64,000 nt of DNA from the NCBI RefSeq assembly GCF_032444005.1, contig NC_091284.1, positions 673,878,001 through 673,942,000 of the forward strand, read 5' to 3'. A program made the translations under genes and the position numbers. How positions within the stretch are numbered: position 1 is the first letter of the stretch; the number at the start of each line of letters is the position of its first letter. Source of the DNA: Ranitomeya imitator. Taxonomy: Eukaryota. A model generated the notes under the pieces. It saw only the letters and a list, made by a program, of their open reading frames with translations. It searched no databases and had not been told where the DNA came from. Positions 49,266-59,310 of this stretch are shown in pieces.

Positions 49266-51235
49266 CCTGTATTTTTCCGGACTATAAGACGCACCGGACT
49301 AAAGGCGCACCCAGGTTTTAGAGGTGGAAAATAGGGAAAAAAAATATTTGAAGCAAAAAAAATGTGGTAAAATATTTAATAACATAAATAACATACTATT
49401 ATATGTGGTGTTATTATATATAATAGTATGTTATTATGTTGGAAGCTGCGGGACCAGTGTGGTGTCTGTGAAGTACTGTATGAAGACGCTGGAGGGTGAG
49501 TATAAGAATGGGGGCACAGGGCTTATATTGAAAACACTACTCCAGCACTGCAAAATAACACTGGAGTGCTGCTTTAAAGGGAACCTGTCACCCCGTTTTT
49601 TGAGATTGAGATATAAATACTGTTAAATAGGGCCTGCGCTGTGCGTTACTATAGTGTATGTAGTGTACCCTGATTCCCCACCTATGCTGCGCAATACATT
49701 ACCAAAGTCGCCGTTTTCACCTGTCAATCAGGCTGGTCAGGTCGGGTGGGCGTGTTCACAGCGCTGTTTCTTCCTCAGCTTTACGTTGGTGGCGTAGTTG
49801 TGTCCGCATGTTGAGGTGACTAATCCACTGTGGGCACGTGAACAAGGAGTACGCGATCTGCGCTATCACCCCCTGTCATCGGTGGGGGCGGCCATCTTCC
49901 TGGGGCCACGCGTGCGCAGATGTAGTGCTCTGCTGCACGGGGCTTCAGGAAAATGGCCGCGGGATGCCGCGCGTGCGCACAAGAGATCGCGGCGGCCATT
50001 TTCCCAAAACCGAAATGCAAACTCGGCTTTGGGAAAATGGCCGCCGCGATCTCTTGTGCGCACGCGCGGCATCCCGCGGCCATTTTCCTGAAGCCCTGTG
50101 CAGCAGAGCACTACATCTGCGCACGCGCGGCCCCAGGAAGATGGCCGCCCCCACCGATGACAGGGGGTGATAGCGCAGATCGCGCGCTCCTTGTTCACGT
50201 GCCCACAGTGGATTAGTCACCTCAACGTGCGGACACCACTACGCCACCAACGTAAAGCTGAGGAAGAAACAGCGCTGTGAACACGCCCACCCGACCTGAC
50301 CAGCCTGATTGACAGGCGAAAACGGCGACTTTGGTAATGTATTGCGCAGCGTAGGTGGGGAATCAGGGTACACTAGATACACTATAGTAACGCACAGCGC
50401 AGGCCCTATTTAACGGTATTTATATCTCAATCTGAAAAAACAGGGTGACAGGTTCCCTTTAAAATCCCATGGGAGAACTATAACTCCCAGCATGTCCTGC
50501 AGATCCTATGACATGCTGGGAGTTATAGTTCACCAAAGGAGTGGCAGAGTGCTTTATTGTGTTTTGTAAAGACTAACCTCTTAATTGTGGCAGCCAGCCA
50601 CACTGTGGTGAGGTAAAAGCATCCCATGACTGCACACAGAGCCTACCCTCTTGTTTCCTTTCCAGAGCACAGGTTATGAGGAAGCTGCAGATTCTAGTGG
50701 GGAGCCTGAAGGACCTGTGATGATGTCAAGAAGAGGGAGGGCTCTGAGCTGCCATGTGATGCTCCAGCCCGCCCACTCCTGACATCAAACAGGTCCTGTT
50801 TGTGCACAGTACTCGGCGTCCAGCCCAGGCATGGCAGGCAGGTATGCAGCGATCTCCTCTCTCCTCTGGCCCCTGCTGCTGCTGCCTCCTCCTCCCCCGG
50901 ACACACAGATCTCCCCAGCAGCTGCAGGAATCGGCGCTGGGGAAGCCATGTGTGTCCCTGCTCAAGTGCAGTATTCATTTGCTGCTCCGGACTCACCGCT
51001 CAGCTGATAGGTGGGCGGGGAGCCGCTAATGAATATTCACTGCACTTCATCGGGACCACATGGTTTCCCCAGCACTGATTCTGGGCAGCGAGGACATCCT
51101 GAAGTGGCATGACAGTGAGATCCCACTCACTGCTGCCCCCCTCCCCACATGCTACATCCGTACCATAAGACGCACCCACACTTTCCTCCCAAATTTGGAG
51201 GAAAAAAAGTGCGTCTTATGGTCAGAAAAATACGG
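49266..51235. mobile_element. Tc2/pogo-like non-autonomous element inserted in the L1 endonuclease region
   Basis: TA|CCTGTATTTTTCCGGACTATAAGACGCAC ... GTGCGTCTTATGGTCAGAAAAATACGG|TA; removing it restores the L1 motif SRINLALGN. Confidence 0.85.
49578..50458. mobile_element. T2-type foldback MITE: 881-bp near-perfect palindrome
   Basis: TTAA|AGGGAACCTGTCACCC ... GGGTGACAGGTTCCCT|TTAA; equal-length arms around a 9-nt loop at 50014-50022. Confidence 0.93.
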
Positions 51236-53616
51236 TAATTTGGCGCTAGGTAATGAATTGTTGACACAATTGATTTGTGGAGTGGAATATCTTCCGAGAG
51301 TGATCTCGGACCATAAACCTCTGGAGCTGCTTATTAAAAAGGCCGCAGGGTGGTCTAGACAGGGGAGTGGGTGGAGGCTTCATCCACTATGGTTGCAACA
51401 TATTAATATGGAAGATATAAAGGGGGTGTTAGATGAATATTGGCAGATCAATGAAGGTAGTGCTGACAGGCGAGTGGTGTGGGATGCCATGAAGGTATAT
51501 TTGAGGGGGTCTTCTGTTTCGAGAAATTTCTAGATGTAAGTCTAAAACTAGATCGGAAGACAGGACAGTGATGGAGGCTGTAGAAAGGGCGGAAAGGGAA
51601 CTGATAGTGAACCCGTCAGTGGAGAGTCAGAACGGGCACAAGAAAGCTCAGGAGGGAGTCAACTAACTATATAAAGAAAGTAGAGAGGAAAAGAGCTTTC
51701 CAAAAGGCATGATTCTACGATGAGGGTGAAAGGGTGGGGCATTTGCTATCATTAGTGGCGGCAGCATAGAGGGAGTCCTCATTTGTATAAAAGCTGAAGA
51801 CGGAAGAGTGGACAGACGTGGTGGATGCGGAGGATATACTGGAAGATTTTAGATGGTTTTATGAGCAGCTATATTCCTCTGAGTCAGGAGCCTCATCGGC
51901 AGAGATAGAAGGATTTCTTGGGGTGGCGGGATTCCCTAGAATTGCAGAGAGTGACAGGAGGAGGTTGAAACAGCTATAATGTCTATGAGAAATAATAGGG
52001 CTCCGAAGGCGGACGGACTCCCGGGTGAGATCGATCTATAAACAGTTGGTTGAGATGGTAGCACCTAGACTAAAGGTGGTCTTCGAGGAGGCTTTGGAGT
52101 GTGGTGCACTGCTGTTGACCTTGAGGGAGGCTGTGATAGTGGTCATCCCTAAGGAAGGTAGAGATCTGAAGTTGGCAGAGTCCTACAGGCCCATTTAGTT
52201 GCTGACGGCGGATGTAAAAAATCTGGCCAAAACTATGGCCAACTGATTAATGAGTGTGGTGCAAGATCTTGTCCACTCCGATCAATCCGGATTTATGCTG
52301 AATAGGTCTACAGCAATAAACATACATAGACTCTTTCTTAATTTATAGCTGCCGTCGGATAACGGGGGTCGAAGGGTGATAGTGTCGTTGGATGCACGTA
52401 AAGCTTTCAACAGCATTGAATGGAGCTATCTTTGGAAGGTGTTGGAGTGCTTGGGATTTGGACCAACCTTCTTATCATGGATACAGCTGTTGTACACATC
52501 ACCAACTGCTAGGGTCAAAGTTAACGGGCAGACATCCAGACAATTCGCTCTTCATAGAGGGACCAGAAGGGGGTGTCCGCTGTCTCCGCTGCTTTTTGCG
52601 TTGGCAGTCGAGCCCTTGGAGGAGCCAATTAGAAAGGCAGCCTCGGTCAGGGGGTTTAAATATGGACCTATAGAGGAAAAAATAGCTTTATACACAGATG
52701 ATCTGCTTTTCCTGGAAGACCCTGATGAGTCCTTGTGTGATGAGCATCCTTGGGAGATTTGGGGTTATGTTGGGCCTGGAAATTAATTGGGAGAAATCCA
52801 AGATTCTAGCTGTGGACAGTAGTGATGTAGACCTTAGGATAGAGGGGGGTGGTAGTAGGTTGGCGTTTGTGCGGCAGTTCAAGTAACTGGCCATTAAGTT
52901 ATCGATCCCGCTCTCGAGCTATATAGACCTGAATCTGATCCCGCTACTGAATACTTTCAGAAACAAAGTGGGGGCGTGGTGTAGATTACATCTATCAGTA
53001 GTAGGAAGGGCAAATTTGACAAAAATGGGGGAATTTTAAAACTGGACGAGGTAAGGAATTCAATACATGGCCTAATTACAAGACTCACGAGTCCAAGTGA
53101 CTTTTGAGAATCTACAGGAGGAATATGAGTTATCTATGACCTGTAGATTTCAGTATAGACATCTCTGTCACGCTTACATAGCGCAGAGTAAGACACTTTC
53201 TATGAGGGTCCAAAAAGACATATTGGTGGACTATGTGTGTAGTTATGGGGGAACAAAAGGAGTTACGTCAGGTATTTATAAGGACTTAATGCACACCTTT
53301 TTAATCAATTACCCAATTAAGGCTAAAGAGAAGTGGGAAGATGAATTGGGACTTATAGAAGAGGATAAGTGGGAGGCAATTATGGAATACATACCTCAAT
53401 TGTCACTGAGTGAGCCAGGTAGAATATCACAAATATATATGTTCCATAGAATGTACAGGACCCCTGAAAGACTATATAGGGCAGGACTGAGACAGACTCC
53501 TGAATGCTCTCATTGTCAGGCTGATGGGGCCGGGACCTTACAATGTTGTGGCAGTGCTCCAGACTGGACCTCATACTGGACAGCGGTTATTAACAGTACA
53601 ATAAAGGGGGGGGGAT

Positions 53617-56600
53617 TGTTATGGACCTGGTGGTTAGGAGCACCCGAAAAGACCTGATGGTTAAACTAACAAGGACAAGCTCTGGGAAGTGGGAGCTCTG
53701 CTGACCGCAACCCCTAATCCTATCACACACACTAGAAATGGCCGTGGAGCGTTCCTGAGTCTCCCTAGATGCCTCTTCACAGCCTAAGAGCTAACTAGCC
53801 CTAGAGATAGAAAATAAAGCCTACCTTGCCTCGGAGAAATTCCCCAAAGGTAAAGGAAGCCCCCCACATATATTGACTGTGAGTTAAGATGAAAGTCACA
53901 AACACAGAAATGAAACAGGTTTCAGCAAAGGGAGGCCAGACTTACTAAACAGACTGAGGATAGGAAAGGTATCTTTGCGGTCAGCACAAAAAACTACAAA
54001 AAGACCACGCAGAGTGTGCAAAAAGACCTCCGCACCGACTCACGGTACGGAGGTGCCACTCTGCATCCCAGAGCTTCCAGCTAGCAAGGCAAAATCATGA
54101 TAGCAAGCTGGACAAGAAAACAATGAACAAATAATAAACTAGCAGGGACTTAGCTTCTGCTGGAGTAGACAGGTCACCAGAAAGATCCAAGACCGAACTG
54201 AACCAGTACAAGAACATTGACAGCTGGCATAAAGTAACGATCTGAGTGGAGTTAAATAGAGCAGCCAGCCAAAGAATTAAACTAAATCACCTGTGGAAGG
54301 AACCTCAGAAGCAGCAGCTCCACTCACAGCCACCAGAGGGAGTCCATGGACAGAACTCGCCGAAGTACCATTCATGACCACAGGAGGGAGTTCGATAACA
54401 GAATTCACAACAGTACCCCCTCCCCTTGAGGAGGGGTCACCGAACCCTCACCAGAGCCCCCAGGTCGATTAGGACGAGCCAAATGAAAGGCACGAACTAG
54501 ATCGGCCGCATGAACATCAGAGGCAAAAACCCAGGAATTATCTTCCTGACCATAACCCTTCCACTTGACCAGGTGCTGGAGTTTCCGTCTCGAAATATGA
54601 GAATCCAAAATCTTCTCCACCACATACTCCAACTCCTCCTCGACCAACACCGGGGCAGGAGGATCAACGGAGGGAACCATAGGCGCCACGTATCTCCGCA
54701 ACAACGACCTATGGAACACATTATGGATGGAAAAAGAAGCTGGAAGGGCCAAATGAAAAGACACAGGATTGAGAACTTCAGAAATCTTATACGGACCAAT
54801 GAAACGAGGCTTAAACTTAGGAGAGGAAACCTTCATAGGAACATAACGAGACGACAACCAAACCAAATCCCCAACACGAAGTCGGGGACCAACACAGCGC
54901 CGGCGGTTAGCGAAACGTTGAGCCTTCTCCTGGGACAATGTCAAATTGTCCACCACATGAGTCCAAATCTGCTGCAACCTGTCCACCACAGTATCCACAC
55001 CAGGACAGTCCGAAGGCTCAACCTGCCCTGAAGAGAAACGAGGATGAAAACCAGAATTACAGAAAAACGGCGAAACCAAAGTAGCCGAGCTGGCCCGATT
55101 ATTAAGGGCGAACTCAGCCAAAGGCAAGAAGGACACCCAATCACCCTGATCAGCAGAAACAAAGCATCTCAGATATGTTTCCAACGTCTGATTAGTTTGT
55201 TCGGTTTGGCCATTTGTCTGAGGATGGAAAGCCGAAGAAAAAGACAAATCAATGCCCATCTTAGCACAAAAGGACCGCCAAAACCTCGAAACAAACTGAG
55301 AACCTCTGTCCGAGACGATGTTCTCCGGAATGCCATGCAAATGAACCACATGCTGGAAAAACAATGGCACCAAATCAGAGGAAGAAGGCAACTTAGACAA
55401 GGGTACCAAATGGACCATCTTAGAGAAGCAATCACAAACCACCCAAATGACCGACATCCTCTGAGAGACAGGGAGATCTGAAATAAAATCCATGGAAATA
55501 TGCGTCCAGGGCCTCTTCGGGACTGGCAAGGGCAAAAGCAACCCACTGGCACGAGAACAGCAGGGCTTAGCCCGAGCACAAGTCCCACAGGACTGCACAA
55601 AAGAACGCACATCCCGTGACAAAGAAGGCCACGAAAAGGATCCAGCCACCAAATCTCTGGTACCAAAGATTCCAGGATGACCAGCCAACACCAAACAATG
55701 AACCTCAGAGATAACTCTACCAGTCCATCTATCAGGGACAAACAGTTTCTCCGCTGGACAACGGTCAGGTCTATCAGCCTGAAACTTCTGCAACACCCGC
55801 CGCAAATCAGGGGAGATGGCAGACAAAATTACCCCCTCTTTGAGAATACCCGCCGGCTCAGGAACACCCGGAGAGTCAGGCACAAAACTCCTTGACAGGG
55901 CATCAGCCTTCACATTCTTAGAGCCCGGAAGGTACGAAACCACAAAATCAAAATGGGAGAAAAACAGCGACCATCGAGCCTGTCTAGGATTCAACCGTTT
56001 GGCAGACTCGAGATAAGTCAAATTCTTGTGATCCGTCAAAACCACCACGTGATGCTTGGCTCCTTCAAGCCAATGTCGCCACTCCTCGAATGCCCACTTC
56101 ATGGCCAACAACTCTCGATTGCCAACATCATAATTGTGCTCAGCAGGTGAGAACTTTCTAGAAAAGAAGGCACATGGTTTCATCACCGAGCCATCAGAAC
56201 TTCTTTGCGACAAAACAGCCCCTGCTCCAATCTCAGAAGCATCAACCTCGACCTGGAACTGGAGCGAAACATCTGGCTGACACAACACAGGGGCAGAAGA
56301 AAAACGACGCTTCAACTCCTGAAAAGCCTCTATAGCCGCAGAGGACCAATTGACCACATCAGCACCTTTCTTGGTCAAATCTGTCAACGGTTTAGCAACA
56401 CTAGAAAAATTAGCGATGAAGCAACGGTAAAAATTAGCAAAGCCCAGGAACTTCTGCAGGCTCTTCACAGATGTCGGCTGAGTCCAATCATAAATGGCCT
56501 GAACTTTAACAGGGTCCATCTCGATATTAGAAGGGGAAAAAATGCAACCCAAAAATGAAACCTTCTGAACTCCAAAGAGACACTTTGACCCCTTCACAAA

Positions 56601-59310
56601 CAAGGAATTCGCACGAAGGACCTGGAACACCATTCTGACCTGCTTTACATGAGACTCCCAATCATCCGAAAAGACCAAAATATCATCCAAATATACAATC
56701 ATGAATCTATCCAGGTACTCTCGGAAGATGTCATGCATAAAGGACTGAAATACAGATGGAGCATTAGAGAGCCCGAATGGCATAACCAGGTGCTCAAAAT
56801 GGCCCTCGGGCGTATTAAATGCTGTTTTCCATTCATCGCCCTGTTTAATACGCACAAGATTATACGCCCCTCGAAGATCTATCTTGGTGAACCAACTAGC
56901 CCCCTTAATCCGAGCAAACAAATCAGACAGCAGCGGCAAAGGGTACTGAAATTTGACTGTGATCTTATTAAGTAGGTGGTAATCAACACAAGGTCTCAAA
57001 GAACCATCCTTCTTGGCCACAAAAAAGAACCCTGCTCCCAACGGTGATGACGACGGGCGAATATGACCTTTCTCCAAGGATTCCTTTATATAACTCCGCA
57101 TAGCGGCGTGCTCTGGCACAGATAAATTGAACAGTCGGCCCTTAGGAAACTTACTACCAGGAATCAAATTAATAGCACAATCGCAATCCCTATGGGGAGG
57201 TAGGGCACTGGATTTGGGCTCATCAAATACATCCCGGTAATCCGACAAAAATTCAGGAACTTCAGAAGGAGTGGAAGGCGAAATTGACAACAATGGAACA
57301 TCACCATGTACCTCTTGACAACCCCAGCTGGACACAGACATAGATTTCCAATCCAAAACTGGATTATGGACCTGTAGCCATTTCAACCCCAAAACGACCA
57401 CATCATGCAGATTATGCAACACCAAAAAGCGAATATCCTCCTGATGTGCAGGAGCCATGCACATGGTCAATTGAGTCCAGTACTGAGGCTTATTCTTGGC
57501 CAAAGGCGTAGCATCAATTCCTCTCAATGGAATAGGATACTGCAAAGGCTTCAAGAAAAAACCACAGTGCCTGGCAAACTCCAAGTCCATCAAATTCAGG
57601 GCAGCGCCTGAATCCACAAATGCCATAACAGAATAGGACGACAAAGAGCAAATCAGAGTAACGGACAAAAGAAATTTAGACTGTACCGTACCAATGGTGG
57701 CAGACCTAGCGAACCGCTTAGTGCGCTTAGGACAATCGGAGATAGCATGAGTGGAATCACCACAGTAAAAACACAGCCCATTCCGACGTCTGTGTTCTTG
57801 CCATTCAGCTCTGGTCAAAGTCCTATCACATTGCATAGGCTCAGGCCTATGCTCAGAGAATACCGCCAAATGTTGCACAGCTTTGCGCTCCCGCAAGCGC
57901 CGATCGATCTGAATGGCCAAGGACATAGACTCATTCAGACCAGCAGGCGTGGGAAATCCCACCATGACATCCTTAAGGGTTTCAGAAAGACCCTTTCTGA
58001 AAATTGCCGCCAGGGCACACTCATTCCACTGAGTAAGCACAGACCACTTTCTAAACTTCTGACAATATACCTCCACCTCATCCTGACCCTGACGCAAAGC
58101 CAGCAAGATTTTCTATGCCTGATCCACTGAATTTGGTTCATCATAAAGCAATCCAAGCGCCAGAAAAAATGCATCTACATCACGCAATGCAGGATCTCCT
58201 GGCGCAAGGGAAAATGCCCAGTCTTGAGGGTCACCACGCAACAAAGAAATAATGATTTTTACTTGTTGAACGGGGTCACCAGAGGAGCGGGGTTTCAAAG
58301 CAAGAAACAGTTTACAATTATTTTGAAATTCAGGAACCTAGATCTATCCCCAGAAAACAAATCAGGAATAGGAATTCTAGGCTCTAACATCGGATTCTGA
58401 ACCACAAAATCTTGAATGTTTTGTACCCTTGCAGTGAGATGATCCACACAAGAGGACAGACCTTGAATGTCCATATCTACACCTGTGTCCTGAACCACCC
58501 AGAGGTTAAGGGGAAAAGAAAGACAAAACACGCTGCAGAGAAAAAAAAAAGGTCTCAGAACTTCTCTTATCCCTCTATTGAGATGCATTAATACTTTGGG
58601 CCAGCTGTACTGTTATGGACCTGGTGGTTAGGAGCACCCGAAAAGACCTGATGGTTAAACTAACAAGGACAAGCTCTGGGAAGTGGGAGCTCTGCTGACC
58701 GCAACCCCTAATCCTATCACACACACTAGAAATAGCCGTGGAGCGTTCCTGACTCTCCCTAGACGCCTCTTCACAGCCTAAGAGCTAACTAGCCCTAGAG
58801 ATAGAAAATAAAGCCTACCTTGCCTCAGACAAATTCCACAAAGGTAAAGGAAGCCCCCCACATATATTGACTGTGAGTTAAGATGAAAGTCACAAACACA
58901 GAAATGAAACAGGTTTCAGCAAAGGGAGGCCAGACTTACTAAACAGACTGAGGATAGGAAAGGTATCTTTGCGGTCAGCTAGCAAGGCAAAATCATGATA
59001 GCAAGCTGGACAAGAAATCAATGAACAAATAATAAACTAGCAGGGACTTAGCTTCTGCTGGAGTAGACAGGTCACCAGAAAGATCCAAGACCGAACTGAA
59101 CCAGTACAAGAACATTGACAGCTGGCATAGAGTAACGATCTGAGTGGAGTTAAATAGAGCAGCCAGCCAAAGAATTAAACTAAACCACCTGTGGAAGGAA
59201 CCTCAGAAGCAGCAGCTCTACTCACAGCCACCAGAGGGAGTCCATGGACAGAACTCGCCGAAGTACCATTCATGACCACAGGAGGGAGTTCGATAACAGA
59301 ATTCACAACA
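53617..59310 (-). mobile_element. Gypsy/chromovirus LTR retrotransposon copy 2 (5' LTR 58611..59310; 3' LTR 53617..54412)
   Basis: TG...CA LTRs; PPT at ~54413-54430; GGGGAT duplicated at 53611-53616 and 59311-59316. Confidence 0.96.
54405..58106 (-). CDS. Open 1233-codon gag(C-terminal)-PR-RT-RH-IN-chromodomain frame of Gypsy copy 2
   Basis: CFYCGDSTHAISDC, FVDSGA, YLDD, DASE/TDH, HHCC+DDE integrase and chromodomain. The upstream gag start (ATG at 58474) is disconnected by a 1-bp deletion (~58322) and TAG at 58115-58113. Confidence 0.9.
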   Translation of the reverse strand: MLALRQGQDEVEVYCQKFRKWSVLTQWNECALAAIFRKGLSETLKDVMVGFPTPAGLNESMSLAIQIDRRLRERKAVQHLAVFSEHRPEPMQCDRTLTRAEWQEHRRRNGLCFYCGDSTHAISDCPKRTKRFARSATIGTVQSKFLLSVTLICSLSSYSVMAFVDSGAALNLMDLEFARHCGFFLKPLQYPIPLRGIDATPLAKNKPQYWTQLTMCMAPAHQEDIRFLVLHNLHDVVVLGLKWLQVHNPVLDWKSMSVSSWGCQEVHGDVPLLSISPSTPSEVPEFLSDYRDVFDEPKSSALPPHRDCDCAINLIPGSKFPKGRLFNLSVPEHAAMRSYIKESLEKGHIRPSSSPLGAGFFFVAKKDGSLRPCVDYHLLNKITVKFQYPLPLLSDLFARIKGASWFTKIDLRGAYNLVRIKQGDEWKTAFNTPEGHFEHLVMPFGLSNAPSVFQSFMHDIFREYLDRFMIVYLDDILVFSDDWESHVKQVRMVFQVLRANSLFVKGSKCLFGVQKVSFLGCIFSPSNIEMDPVKVQAIYDWTQPTSVKSLQKFLGFANFYRCFIANFSSVAKPLTDLTKKGADVVNWSSAAIEAFQELKRRFSSAPVLCQPDVSLQFQVEVDASEIGAGAVLSQRSSDGSVMKPCAFFSRKFSPAEHNYDVGNRELLAMKWAFEEWRHWLEGAKHHVVVLTDHKNLTYLESAKRLNPRQARWSLFFSHFDFVVSYLPGSKNVKADALSRSFVPDSPGVPEPAGILKEGVILSAISPDLRRVLQKFQADRPDRCPAEKLFVPDRWTGRVISEVHCLVLAGHPGIFGTRDLVAGSFSWPSLSRDVRSFVQSCGTCARAKPCCSRASGLLLPLPVPKRPWTHISMDFISDLPVSQRMSVIWVVCDCFSKMVHLVPLSKLPSSSDLVPLFFQHVVHLHGIPENIVSDRGSQFVSRFWRSFCAKMGIDLSFSSAFHPQTNGQTEQTNQTLETYLRCFVSADQGDWVSFLPLAEFALNNRASSATLVSPFFCNSGFHPRFSSGQVEPSDCPGVDTVVDRLQQIWTHVVDNLTLSQEKAQRFANRRRCVGPRLRVGDLVWLSSRYVPMKVSSPKFKPRFIGPYKISEVLNPVSFHLALPASFSIHNVFHRSLLRRYVAPMVPSVDPPAPVLVEEELEYVVEKILDSHISRRKLQHLVKWKGYGQEDNSWVFASDVHAADLVRAFHLARPNRPGGSGEGSVTPPQGEGVLL

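Noticed and set aside
49798-50220. Mirror-image ORFs on both strands
   Set aside because: Artefact of the GC-rich palindrome.
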